IMG/VR virus record: IMGVR_UViG_3300005611_000001
Source: a virus
Taxonomy: Duplodnaviria; Caudoviricetes
Strand: one strand, 5' to 3'
DNA: 64,000 nt
Shown: positions 54,896-64,000 of the stretch, one piece after another
Layout: each line of letters starts with the position of its first letter
How positions within the stretch are numbered: position 1 is the stretch's first letter
The notes under the pieces: model-generated
Seen by the model: only the letters and a program-made list of their open reading frames with translations
Told to the model about the DNA's origin: nothing
Databases searched by the model: none
Position numbers and translations under genes: made by a program

Positions 54896-55141
54896 ATGAA
54901 AGTAAAGATACCGGAACAAGAAACTCTCACTCAGACTCTTATTGATTGGGCCTGGGAAAAAAAGAAAGCTGGAATCACATTTAAAAAGACTCAAGAGCTA
55001 ATTAAATGTGATGCTACAGAATTTTCTCATCTTCGCAAAGGAAAAAGAAATTTCTCTCTAGAGCGTCTCATTGCAATGCTACGACGTACAGGTGAGTTTG
55101 AAATCGAAGTTATCGTGAGGAGAAAAAATGAAACACTGTAA
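54896..55141 (+). CDS. XRE-like HTH protein
   Basis: ITFKKTQELIKCDATEFSHLRKGKRNFSLERLIAML. Confidence 0.55.
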   Translation: MKVKIPEQETLTQTLIDWAWEKKKAGITFKKTQELIKCDATEFSHLRKGKRNFSLERLIAMLRRTGEFEIEVIVRRKNETL

Positions 55142-55198
55142 GTTTTGGTCCTTTCATCAGCGCAAGTTTCTTTCCTATGACGAGTGGATTAAGGAGAC

Positions 55199-56798
55199 TT
55201 GGTAATGATCATTTTTGATCTTGAACAAGAAATTATGAAAGCCTGGAGTGTCGTAGACGATCTCAAGGATGCGGTAGAGTTTTTAAATGAGTGGCAAGGC
55301 GATGCTCTGAATCCTGAAGATAAGCGAGATAATCTTCTTCTGGGCATGGCAGCTCTCTATCAGATGCGCTTTGAACGTCTCTGGAACACTTTTGAAAAAG
55401 TTACGAAAGAACATCACGCTTTGCGTAGGAATCAAGCAGATGAAAAATAGATACGGCGACGAGTATCATTGGGAAAAACTCAATGACAAAGAATACAAGT
55501 TTGTGATGGAAGGCGAGTCGATGGATTACTGTCTTTGGGGCGCGAAAGAAGGCCAAGATAAAATCGATATGAATGATCTTGGTATGTTCGATCCAAGTGG
55601 GGGCCCGTATGTTGCAATTGGATCTTTAGTAGAAGGTAAAGCCATCGAACACATTCGTAGAGCTGAAGAAGGTTTTATCGTAAAGGTAAAGCTATGAGCA
55701 ATAAGAAACTGTTGGAAGGACTTGACGAACTGCGCGAATCACTGCAAGAAGCACATGCTGAGTACGAAGCCGAGAACGATGCATGGTGGAACGGTCTCAC
55801 TGAAGAAGAACGTGAAGATGCGTTCTATGCGGTAATCAAGCGAATGTATCAAGCAGAAGTAATAAATCGCCGTACTTATCGTGGTGCACTGTATGATGTG
55901 TTTGGATTTGATATGGGTATGTACGGCCAAGGCATGAGTTGTGGATACTTTAACCTACACAATATGATCTTCGATAGTTTTGAGTTGAGTGCTATGAAGA
56001 ATGTAACTCGCTTTGAAGTGATTGATGATAAAGGTCGTACTTATGTTAAGTATCTAAAGGACGACGAAGTAATCAAGTATAGTTTACAAGATGATGACCG
56101 TACACTCAAAGTGTTTATTGACAACCTAAGGTGGAAAGAAGATTTATGAACGAACGAATCCAAGACCTGTATCGAGAAGCAGAGAAATCTGTTGCGTTCG
56201 TGAGTAACTCAACGGAATCTAAACAACTGATCATACGGGAAAAGTTCGCCGAGTTGATTGTACAAGAATGTGCTAGTATTGTGTATAAAACTTGTCAAGA
56301 TGGTGATGCTGGTGCCCAGGCTATTTTGTATGAATTTGATATTGACAATGCCAGAAGTCAAAAATAAACATTTCGGAGTTGAAGAATGAACCGTTTAGAA
56401 ATCTTTCAAGAAGTATATGGCAAGGACTATGTGTTTACTGAAACCGAACTAAGCCAGTTACAACAAGTCGCCGAGTTGATTGTGCGAGAGTGTGCTGCTG
56501 TATTGGATAAACGAATTGCGCCACCCAATCATCCCATGAACAGTTTGGGATATGAATTGAAACAACATTTCGGAGTTGAAGCATGAGCATTAAAGTAGAT
56601 CAAAGACGAGCAGTATTCGCAAAACTCAAAGACTATTGTATGCATAGTGGCGACCATGACTACATGGAAGTCACTGAGTGGTCGAACGGTGAAGGGTACG
56701 ACATCTGTATTGATCGCAAGAATGGCGGCGAGAAGTTCAGTCTCACTTACGGTGAGTGGGAACTGTTACAAGTGCTGATAAACTATAAGGGTGAGTGA
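55199..56798 (+). CDS. Cluster of small coupled hypothetical ORFs
   Basis: 55199-55450, about 55440-55697, 55694-56149, about 56146-56367, 56386-56586, 56583-56798; ATGA overlaps. Confidence 0.6.
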
Positions 56799-57244
56799 TT
56801 TTAAGTGGAGCTGATATTGTTAAAGTCGGCATTGATCTTGGTGGTGTGTGTGCTGCTCGTATTAAAACTGGCGTGGGATACCCACAACTATCTGCAGTCA
56901 TTGAATGCGCTGATGCTGCGTATGGCCTTAGTGGACACATTATTGCTGACGGTGGTTGTACTTGTCTTGGCGATGTGGCCAAAGCCTTCGGCGCTGGAGA
57001 TGCTAAGGTCCGAGAGTTTTTTGGAGCAGCAAAGCAGGTCGGAAGCAAATTGAGGGAGAGTGATGAACCAATGAATAACGTAGTTCAGTTTCCGATCCAA
57101 GGCGTCAGCACCATCGACGCCTTACGCCACTGCGTTTTATATGCTCGTGAGCATGGGGAGATTGATGTTGTAGCCGGCGCTCATTTGCTAAATGCGCTTG
57201 ACACTGTTGAACAACTGTATCTGTCTCTTACAGAAGGAGAGTGA
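56795..57244 (+). pseudogene. GMP reductase (GuaC)-like internal fragment run into an unrelated small ORF
   Basis: [59 protein letters not shown]; the rest of the TIM barrel is absent. Confidence 0.75.
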
Positions 57245-57271
57245 GTGATATATACTAAATTCAAAAGTTAT

Positions 57272-57347
57272 GCCGTCATAGCTCAGTAGGTAGAGCGTCT
57301 GATTTGTAATCAGAATGTCCGGGGTTCGATTCCTCGTGACGGCACCA
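57272..57347 (+). tRNA. trnT: tRNA-Thr(UGU), second, divergent copy
   Basis: GCCGTCA/TGACGGC, TCTGA-TTTGTAA-TCAGA, GTTCGATT, encoded CCA. Confidence 0.92.
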
Positions 57348-57364
57348 ATTCCGAGAAGAGTAAC

Positions 57365-57985
57365 ATGATTACAAAAACCAAGTTTCTTTTTATTCTTGTA
57401 GCCATGTATTGTTTTCTCACATGGGCAATAGAACCTAGTGACGGTAAAGTAAATCAACTTCACCCGATGATTCAAAGCCCGACAAAGAGTATTCCTCTGG
57501 AGCAGCCGCTTTCTCCTCCTCTCTCTTCAAGCAAAGCTGCTCCAGAGGAACCTATCTACGAAGAGCGCGAGATCGAATGCCTCGCGCTCAATTCTTATTT
57601 TGAAGCCCGCAATCAATCCCTTGCGGGCCAAATCGCAGTGGCTCAGGTAGTGCTGAATCGTGTACGCAGCAAAGACTATCCCGACACCATCTGTGAAGTG
57701 ATACAGCAAGGTCCTACCTACGAAAACTGGAAAGGCAACATTCTTCCAGTTCGCAATCAGTGTCACTTTTCTTGGTGGTGTGACGGCAAAAGTGACATAC
57801 CGCAAGACGAAGAAACATATCAAAACATTTTAAATCTTGTAACTCAAATTATACAAGACAAGCCTATTGACATTACAGAAGGAAGTCTGTATTATCATGC
57901 AGACTATGTAAAACCTTTCTGGGCACCTACATTAAAAAGAACACTTGTAATCGATAATCATATTTTTTATAAAAACATTCTGTGA
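57365..57985 (+). CDS. Cell-wall hydrolase (SleB/Hydrolase_2) with an N-terminal TM
   Basis: CLALNSYFEARNQ...AVAQVVLNRV...QCHFSWWCDGKSD...YYHADYV.P.W...IDNHIFY. Confidence 0.9.
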   Translation: MITKTKFLFILVAMYCFLTWAIEPSDGKVNQLHPMIQSPTKSIPLEQPLSPPLSSSKAAPEEPIYEEREIECLALNSYFEARNQSLAGQIAVAQVVLNRVRSKDYPDTICEVIQQGPTYENWKGNILPVRNQCHFSWWCDGKSDIPQDEETYQNILNLVTQIIQDKPIDITEGSLYYHADYVKPFWAPTLKRTLVIDNHIFYKNIL

Positions 57986-57993
57986 GGTAAACT

Positions 57994-58644
57994 ATGAGTG
58001 AAGTGAATCTAATTGCGCTGAGCAAGCCTAGCGCAATGACGGGTTGCCATACTGCAGAAGAACTGGTCGCGTATGCTGCGCGCGTGAGCAACCCTGGCAA
58101 TCAGAACAATGCAAAGACTGCACCCAAGTTGCTGAAGTATCTGATTCAAAACGAGCATTGGTCGCCTCTTGAGATGGTGCATATTACCATGGAGATCAAG
58201 ACCACACGCGACATCTCACGGCAGGTATTGCGGCACAGGAGTTTTTCCTTTCAAGAGTTTAGTCAGCGCTATGCTGTATCGGAAAACTTCACCACGCGCG
58301 AATCTCGGCTTCAAGACCCTAAGAATCGACAGAACTCCATTGAGACTGACGACAAGCACCTTGCTGAGAAGTGGAATATGCTTCAGCAAAATGTAATCAA
58401 TCATGCTAAAAACGCCTATCAGTGGGCACTGATGAACGGCATTGCCAAAGAGCAAGCACGAGCAGTGTTACCCGAAGGCAACACCGAGACAACTCTGTAC
58501 ATGGCTGGTTCGCTTCGCTCGTGGATTCACTACTGCCAGTTGCGCATGGCAAACGGTACTCAGAAAGAGCATATGGAAGTGGCTCGCAAGTGTTGGGAGA
58601 TTATCGTTGGTCACTTTCCCGCTATCAAAGAGGCTCTAGAATGA
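57994..58644 (+). CDS. thyX: Flavin-dependent thymidylate synthase
   Basis: HWSPLEM, RQVLRHRSFSFQEFSQRY, ARAVLPEG, RSWIHY. Confidence 0.95.
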   Translation: MSEVNLIALSKPSAMTGCHTAEELVAYAARVSNPGNQNNAKTAPKLLKYLIQNEHWSPLEMVHITMEIKTTRDISRQVLRHRSFSFQEFSQRYAVSENFTTRESRLQDPKNRQNSIETDDKHLAEKWNMLQQNVINHAKNAYQWALMNGIAKEQARAVLPEGNTETTLYMAGSLRSWIHYCQLRMANGTQKEHMEVARKCWEIIVGHFPAIKEALE

Positions 58645-58789
58645 ACGGAAAGAAAGCAAAGTTGTTGCGTAAAGTAGGTAAAGTTGTACGACGAGAAAAA
58701 AAACTGTATAATACGCTGTCGCATCAAGAGAAAGCCATTCTCAGTGAAATTTATGAATCCGTTTTAGAGAAAAACAAGCCGAGCGAATA

Positions 58790-59392
58790 ATGAATGTATT
58801 TTATTTACATCCTGATCCAGTAGTTTGTGCTGAGCAACACTGCGATAAGCATGTGGTCAAAATGGTTGTTGAGTACGCGCAGCTAATGTCTACTGCCCAT
58901 CGTGTTGCTGACGGGCAGCTATGGTATGGTCGTTCAACTAACGGGCGACGAATCCAAAGATTCTTTCATCCAGACACTGCGATGAATCAAGAATTGTATA
59001 AAGCTTGCCATATAAATCACCCTTCAGCCATATGGGTTCGACACTCTGCAGAGAACTACAATTGGCTTCAAAACTTATGGGTCGCACTTGCAAGCGAATA
59101 CCAGTATAGATATGGTCGCGTTCATGAATCGTTTCACAAGCTTGAGTATTATCTGCTGTTTCCTCCTGCAAACTTGAAGTCGATTGGTTTTACACAACCA
59201 ACTCCTGCTATGGCGCAGTATCCTCATTGCATTGTTGAAGACGATTCATTAACTTCTTATCGACAATTTTACTGGGAAGATAAACGCCCATTTGCAAAGT
59301 GGACTAAACGAGATAAACCTGAATGGTGGAAAGAATATGAGCGGAAAGGGAAGCAAACCGAGACCTTTATCAGTAGATCAGAAGACATTTGA
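58790..59392 (+). CDS. Pyrimidine-dimer DNA glycosylase (DenV-like family)
   Basis: MNVFYL...CAEQHCDKHVVKMVVEYAQLMSTAH, HINHPSAIWVR. Confidence 0.8.
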   Translation: MNVFYLHPDPVVCAEQHCDKHVVKMVVEYAQLMSTAHRVADGQLWYGRSTNGRRIQRFFHPDTAMNQELYKACHINHPSAIWVRHSAENYNWLQNLWVALASEYQYRYGRVHESFHKLEYYLLFPPANLKSIGFTQPTPAMAQYPHCIVEDDSLTSYRQFYWEDKRPFAKWTKRDKPEWWKEYERKGKQTETFISRSEDI

Positions 59393-59657
59393 CGAGAACT
59401 GGGATCGCATCTTTGGTGTCAATAAGCCAGAGCCTGCGATTGAAGTCAGCAGTTATTGGTCAGACGACAGTCAGATTGAAGCCCTTGTTATGCAAGGCAA
59501 AGATAAGTCTTACTTCGTCGAAATTTATTCTGATGGCAAGTTCGTATCTAAAATAACAAAGGGCATTTATTGCCTTAAAGATGCAGAAGAAATTGCTGAA
59601 AATGCAGCCCATGAAAAATGGTGGCTTGAGGACATTTATGCCGAAGAATACAACTAA
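59337..59657 (+). CDS. Hypothetical protein
   Basis: MSGKGSKPRPLSVDQKTFDENWDRIFG N-terminus. Confidence 0.55.
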   Translation: MSGKGSKPRPLSVDQKTFDENWDRIFGVNKPEPAIEVSSYWSDDSQIEALVMQGKDKSYFVEIYSDGKFVSKITKGIYCLKDAEEIAENAAHEKWWLEDIYAEEYN

Positions 59658-60381
59658 GCGAAAGAAGTTCACACCTCGCCCAAAGAAGACTCTGACGCCT
59701 GCGCCTGACTGGAAAAAACTCCAGCAAGCAAAGACTGAAGATGAACAGATTGCTGCTTGGCTAGAATGTGATGCTTTTGTCCATACTGAAGTTACAGACA
59801 AAGAGTATCTTCATTCTACCAAGAAGTGGATTCGCGACATAAGCGGCTGGGGTCTTTATGAGCAAGCGATTCGTATTCCTGACGTATACCTAGCTACGAT
59901 AGGTAAAAACGGCTGGAAAGCGTACAGACTTGGTTTCATGCCTGATCGTGTTAAAGAGCAGTTCAAAAAAGAATTGCTTGACATGATACGAGACGTTGAA
60001 AAACTTCGCGAGTCTATGGTATACGAAGCACCGATCCATCCTTCCTTAAGTGAACTAGAAGATGATCATCATCTTCATCCTTCGAAGGTCAAAGTTTGGC
60101 TAGAAGCGTGGAAAAAATATCTTTCTTCTTTTAAAAAGAATGAAACGGCGACTAGAGAACAGACGATTGCTCAAGTTTATGTTTACAATATGCAGATTTA
60201 TTTGAAGTCTGGTGTCTGGCTAGATTCTCATTATGGAGAGAAAAGAGAAAACAAAATTATGCCTGTATGCTCTTCTTTGGCGTATGATAAATATGGGGTA
60301 GTGAAAAGAAACGTCGGTGTTTACTATCCCGATATTCATAAAATCTGGACAAAGGAGTTAGAATGTCAATCACAGGATTAA
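59581..60381 (+). CDS. Hypothetical protein upstream of gp33 (start probably MPKNTT)
   Basis: Long open frame; YNMQIYLKSGVWLD..YGE. Confidence 0.55.
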   Translation: MQKKLLKMQPMKNGGLRTFMPKNTTKRKKFTPRPKKTLTPAPDWKKLQQAKTEDEQIAAWLECDAFVHTEVTDKEYLHSTKKWIRDISGWGLYEQAIRIPDVYLATIGKNGWKAYRLGFMPDRVKEQFKKELLDMIRDVEKLRESMVYEAPIHPSLSELEDDHHLHPSKVKVWLEAWKKYLSSFKKNETATREQTIAQVYVYNMQIYLKSGVWLDSHYGEKRENKIMPVCSSLAYDKYGVVKRNVGVYYPDIHKIWTKELECQSQD

Positions 60382-60596
60382 TGATGACGAAGACCAAGTT
60401 CTCTAAACATATAGAAGAACTGGTCTCTTATAAACAATTTGGTTACATTGATGCCATTTTATATTTCTGTGAGCAGAATAATCTTGATGAGCAAGATATT
60501 AAAAAATACATTTCGGAACCCATTAAAAATAAAATTGAAGTAGAAGCTATGAAACTTAATTTCATTCCAAAAAGAAACGAGTTACCGTTTGAATAA
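60363..60596 (+). CDS. 33: T4-like late-promoter co-activator gp33
   Basis: FSKHIEELV...YIDAILYFCEQNNLD..DIKKYISEPIKNKIEVEAMKLNFI; upstream of gp32. Confidence 0.85.
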   Translation: MSITGLMMTKTKFSKHIEELVSYKQFGYIDAILYFCEQNNLDEQDIKKYISEPIKNKIEVEAMKLNFIPKRNELPFE

Positions 60597-61126
60597 TGGA
60601 ACTTGGAACTTATGAAAAAAGAATCGTCTTTTCTTGGTCTAGTATTGAAGAACTGAGAAATACTGAATTTCCTTATGAAGATGCTGGTGTTTATGGTAAA
60701 GAAGGCGCTTCCAGTGTCAATCATAAAAGTAGAAAAACTCATATAAAACATCTACCCACAGGTCATCCAATTTATAAAGATATTATGTTAGACACTAGAC
60801 TTTTATATCCAGAATATAGAATTTCACAAATGGATATTCTGTTATATGAAGTAGGCGAGTTTTTCATGAAGCACAAAGATTATAGTAAACATGCCCCTCA
60901 AAGGGAATTAAGTCTTATCACTCTTTTAGATCGATCAGATGATTTAGAAGGAGGAGACTTATTGATATATCATCAGCGCGATGATAAAATACACAGAGGA
61001 AAATCAATTCCTAAGCTAAATATAGGTGAGTCGATAATTTTTAATTCTTCGACTTATCACGAAGTAACCAAAGTTACTCGTGGATGGAGAAAATCTTCGA
61101 TAACTTGGTTGTACAAAGACTCTTGA
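60596..61126 (+). CDS. 2OG-Fe(II) oxygenase
   Basis: Y..GEFFMKHKD (HxD), LEGGDL, IIFNSSTYHEVTKVT.GWRKS. Confidence 0.85.
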   Translation: MELGTYEKRIVFSWSSIEELRNTEFPYEDAGVYGKEGASSVNHKSRKTHIKHLPTGHPIYKDIMLDTRLLYPEYRISQMDILLYEVGEFFMKHKDYSKHAPQRELSLITLLDRSDDLEGGDLLIYHQRDDKIHRGKSIPKLNIGESIIFNSSTYHEVTKVTRGWRKSSITWLYKDS

Positions 61127-61250
61127 AATTTAGAGTCTTATTTGTTATACTACAAGACTATATTATGCATCAAGTGGACAAAACTAAAATACTCTGAATA
61201 TAAAAAGAAACACAAAGCTATCTTTTGTGTACATACAAGGAAACATACAT

Positions 61251-62156
61251 ATGTCTTTTGCAAATCTCAAGCGTAATCGCAACTCTATCTCCGATCTAGT
61301 ATCTGCTGCAAGCGCAGACAATGGACCCAAAGACACCAAGTCTTACGTTGACGAGCGTCAATGGAAGCCCACTGTCGATAAAGCTGGCAACGGCTATGCT
61401 GTTCTTCGTTTTCTTCCCGCTGCTGAAGGTAATGAACTGCCCTGGGTTCGTTACTGGGATCACGGCTTCAAAGGTCCGACTGGTCAATGGTACATTGAGC
61501 GTTCGCTGACTTCTATCGGTCAACAAGATCCTGTCTCTGAAGCAAACTCTAAGCTTTGGAACAGTGGTAATGAAGATGACAAGAACATTGCTCGCGACCG
61601 CAAGCGTCGTCTGCACTATGTTGCAAATGTTCTTGTCGAGTCTGATCCTGCAAATCCTGCAAACGAAGGCAAAGTTTTTCTTTTCACTTTTGGTAAGAAA
61701 ATCTTTGACAAGATCATGGATGTCATGCAGCCTCAGTTTGCTGACGAAGCACCTGTCAATCCCTTTGACTTCTGGGAAGGTGCGTCTTTCAAGCTGAAGA
61801 TTCGTAATGTCGAAGGTTATCGTAATTACGACAAGTCTGAGTTTGCATCACCTGCGCCTCTTGCTGGTGGTGACGACTCTGAGCTTGAGCAGATTTACGA
61901 GCAACTGCACGATCTGAATGAGTTTACCGATCCTGCAAACTACAAGTCCTATGATGAACTGAAAGCCCGGCTTGCATTGGTGCTCGGTGAGTCTGCTCCT
62001 CGTACAGTTCGTCAAGAAGTGTCGATGGACACTGTGCAAGCACCTGCACCAGTCAAGTCTGCAGAGCCTACTCTACCGCCTGCTACTGATACTGGTGATG
62101 ATATGGAAGAGGAAGATACTCTGTCTTACTTTGCGAAACTCGCTGCTGAAGACTAA
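61251..62156 (+). CDS. 32: T4-like ssDNA-binding protein gp32
   Basis: MSFANLKR, DKAGNGYAVLRFLPA, WVRYWDHGF.GP.GQWYIE.SLTSIG..DPVSE, FGKKIFDKI, YRNYDKSEF, LSYFAKLA. Confidence 0.95.
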   Translation: MSFANLKRNRNSISDLVSAASADNGPKDTKSYVDERQWKPTVDKAGNGYAVLRFLPAAEGNELPWVRYWDHGFKGPTGQWYIERSLTSIGQQDPVSEANSKLWNSGNEDDKNIARDRKRRLHYVANVLVESDPANPANEGKVFLFTFGKKIFDKIMDVMQPQFADEAPVNPFDFWEGASFKLKIRNVEGYRNYDKSEFASPAPLAGGDDSELEQIYEQLHDLNEFTDPANYKSYDELKARLALVLGESAPRTVRQEVSMDTVQAPAPVKSAEPTLPPATDTGDDMEEEDTLSYFAKLAAED

Positions 62157-62169
62157 ACTGTCTGAAACG

Positions 62170-62196
62170 AAAAGGGCGCTTCGGCGCCCTTTTTTT
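62170..62196. terminator. Bidirectional terminator between convergent units
   Basis: AAAAGGGCGC-TTCG-GCGCCCTTTTTTT. Confidence 0.9.
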
Positions 62197-63526
62197 ATGC
62201 TCCCGCGTAAGCGTCTGCGCGCGTACCGTTTGACTGAGTAGGAGAAGGTAGAGACATATCACCGCCCATCATTGTCTGATTGCTGACGCTTGTAGGTGCG
62301 TTAGTGTTGTTATTGATAACAGTGATGTTACCTACAGAAGCTGCTTGTTCAGCCACATTTCGTTCCATTTGTTCTCTTCTCGCGGCTGCTCGTGTGCGAG
62401 GTCTTCTTATTTGAGCTTGAACTTCTTCGGGCGTAATTGCTGGAGTAGCAGCAATTGGGGTGCCGATGTCTTCAGCAGCAACAGCTGTTGCACCCGGAAC
62501 AGTTGGCGCACCAGCAGTATTAGCAGGAAGTGTTGCAGCCGCAGCAGTAGCAGCTGCGGCTTTTCTTTGACCGCGCCCTGTAATTGTTGCGCTAGCATTT
62601 GGGTCGTAGTCAATTTCAAAGCCAAATGATCGAAGCTTTTCAGCAAAGCCATCAAATCCAAACTTGTCTGCTACCCATGCAATACCATCTTTGATAAGGT
62701 CAAGCGGCATCATGATCAGCCCATTGATCAGACCAATTATTCCGCCTATAGCACCTGAAATTACTTTTTCACCAAAGTTGCCTTCTTTCTCTTGAAACCC
62801 TTTTACCGCACCGTTGACTATATCAACAATACTCAATAAAAATCCTAAAGGAACAAAGAGTCTACCGACTGCTGCACCAAATGCACGAATAGCACCGAAG
62901 AATTTTCCAAACGTTGCGCCTATCTTACTAAAAACACCACCAACGGCTTCTGCACCATCAGTGATTGGTCTAAAAATTTTCGCTAAAGCACCATCTGGAT
63001 CAAAGAAATTTTTTAATGCAGTGAACTTTTCACTTACAAAATTACCAAACTTTGTGAAAGGCTTGACAATATAATCATCGAAGTAAACATACGTTGTCGT
63101 AACAAGGTCATCAAGCATCGTGAAAAGTCTTGAGCCTCTTCCAAATTTAGTCTCTAACATTTCGGAGATTGGTCTGAAAAGATTTGGAATTTTGACTGCT
63201 CTGAAGATTGCTCGTACAGAATCGAAAACACCTTCAACAAATCCTAAAGCAAGTGCAGGCAAAGTAACTAAGCCACCAATAGCCAGCCCACCGAGCCCAC
63301 CGAATGTTGGTGTCGGCGCGGGTCCACCTGCGTCTGGTGCTGCTCCTGGAACAGGCGCTAGAGAAGGTGCAGGTGTAGCAACTGTTTTTATTTCGCGCAT
63401 CATTTCAAGCATGTCTAGCTTGTCTGCGCGGAGCATTGCGAAAAACTCTAAGAAACGATTATCGATTTCGTCTAATCGTAGATTCGTTTCTTCTTGTTCT
63501 TCAATTAAGTCTCTAAGCGTTGCCAT
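62195..63526 (-). CDS. T4-like gp29-type tape-measure/baseplate hub protein
   Basis: Helical, Gly/Phe-rich, ends NITVINNNTNAP...; follows the gp26/gp51-like pair. Confidence 0.5.
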   Translation of the reverse strand: MATLRDLIEEQEETNLRLDEIDNRFLEFFAMLRADKLDMLEMMREIKTVATPAPSLAPVPGAAPDAGGPAPTPTFGGLGGLAIGGLVTLPALALGFVEGVFDSVRAIFRAVKIPNLFRPISEMLETKFGRGSRLFTMLDDLVTTTYVYFDDYIVKPFTKFGNFVSEKFTALKNFFDPDGALAKIFRPITDGAEAVGGVFSKIGATFGKFFGAIRAFGAAVGRLFVPLGFLLSIVDIVNGAVKGFQEKEGNFGEKVISGAIGGIIGLINGLIMMPLDLIKDGIAWVADKFGFDGFAEKLRSFGFEIDYDPNASATITGRGQRKAAAATAAAATLPANTAGAPTVPGATAVAAEDIGTPIAATPAITPEEVQAQIRRPRTRAAARREQMERNVAEQAASVGNITVINNNTNAPTSVSNQTMMGGDMSLPSPTQSNGTRADAYAGA

Positions 63527-63710
63527 TGGCTGCCTCTCTCGCTTGTTTTTCTTCTTCTAAAGCCTGCAGTAACAGAATAATGTATATCTCTCGCTCCCAA
63601 ACCATCATGTTTTCTAATTCTGTTAGTGAGTATTTATGATGCCTTTGTAATAAAAAGTTAGTTTTAAAATGATTTGCTAAATCATCATGAGAGAGGCATA
63701 CTAAAAAAAA
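63513..63710 (-). CDS. gp51-like extension reachable by -1 frameshift from the gp26-like ORF
   Basis: -1 frame LVCLSHDDLANHFKTNFLLQRHHKYSLTELENMMVWEREIYIILLLQALEEEK...; no in-frame ATG before the late MM; T TTT TTT heptamer at the gp26 stop. Confidence 0.65.
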   Translation of the reverse strand, partial: FFLVCLSHDDLANHFKTNFLLQRHHKYSLTELENMMVWEREIYIILLLQALEEEKQAREAANGNA

Positions 63711-64000
63711 CTTTGAAGACCTTTCAATTCAAGTGTGTTGTGTTCTCCACATTTTTCACAATCAAACCCAATCGTGTGTTTGACTTGTGGCATTTCTAGT
63801 AGAAAAGAAGAGACGCTTTCGAACTGTTCTTTTGTCATAGACTCAAGAAATGCCCGAACATTTTCTGGTGTTTCATCTTCAATGTCAATTCTCTCATCTT
63901 CTGTTATTACCGCACTCAAGCTATTCGCTAGAACATTAAATCCCATTTCATTTTCATCACCATTAAGATCGATATTTCTGTAGCTAGGGTATTTCATTTC
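63701..64000 (-). CDS. T4-like gp26-type baseplate hub/chaperone protein, partial
   Basis: MKYPS...FLESMTKEQF..V..F..EMPQVKHTI.F.CEKCG..N...LKGLQSFF. Confidence 0.75.
   Translation of the reverse strand, partial: EMKYPSYRNIDLNGDENEMGFNVLANSLSAVITEDERIDIEDETPENVRAFLESMTKEQFESVSSFLLEMPQVKHTIGFDCEKCGEHNTLELKGLQSFF

Noticed and set aside
1-64000. Prophage or integration module
   Set aside because: No integrase, att-like tRNA duplication or host housekeeping flank. The two tRNA-Thr genes are divergent full genes, not att repeats.

Overview
Phage DNA, probably from a marine or aquatic metagenome. About 1-54.7 kb looks like a T5-like (Demerecviridae-like) siphovirus. Its minus-strand late block runs from tail fibres through tail tip J/I/K/L/M, tape measure, frameshifted chaperone, major tail protein, protease-capsid fusion, portal and HNH to terL and terS. 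After terS comes a 7-gene secreted-protein operon, then a probable genome end and miniature pre-early region (exonuclease, dmp-like, A2-like) with repeats, Fur-like boxes and many sigma70 promoters. Early genes and two tRNAs follow. From somewhere in about 55-57.4 kb to the end, the genes are T4-like myovirus (thyX, DenV-like, gp33, gp32, gp29/gp26-like). A second tRNA-Thr(UGU) and a second SleB hydrolase occur there, so the window is likely a chimera or concatenation of two phages. Highlights: a phage-borne PlcP + Agt-like phosphorus-free lipid-remodelling pair; the exported, Cys-rich, pilin/chaperone-like operon at the T5 pb5/llp position; a Hint domain fused to tail protein I; four A2-like paralogues including an inverted pair; two -1 slippery sites; and a bS21 gene missing from the ORF track. 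All family calls are by motif recognition; no database searches were run.
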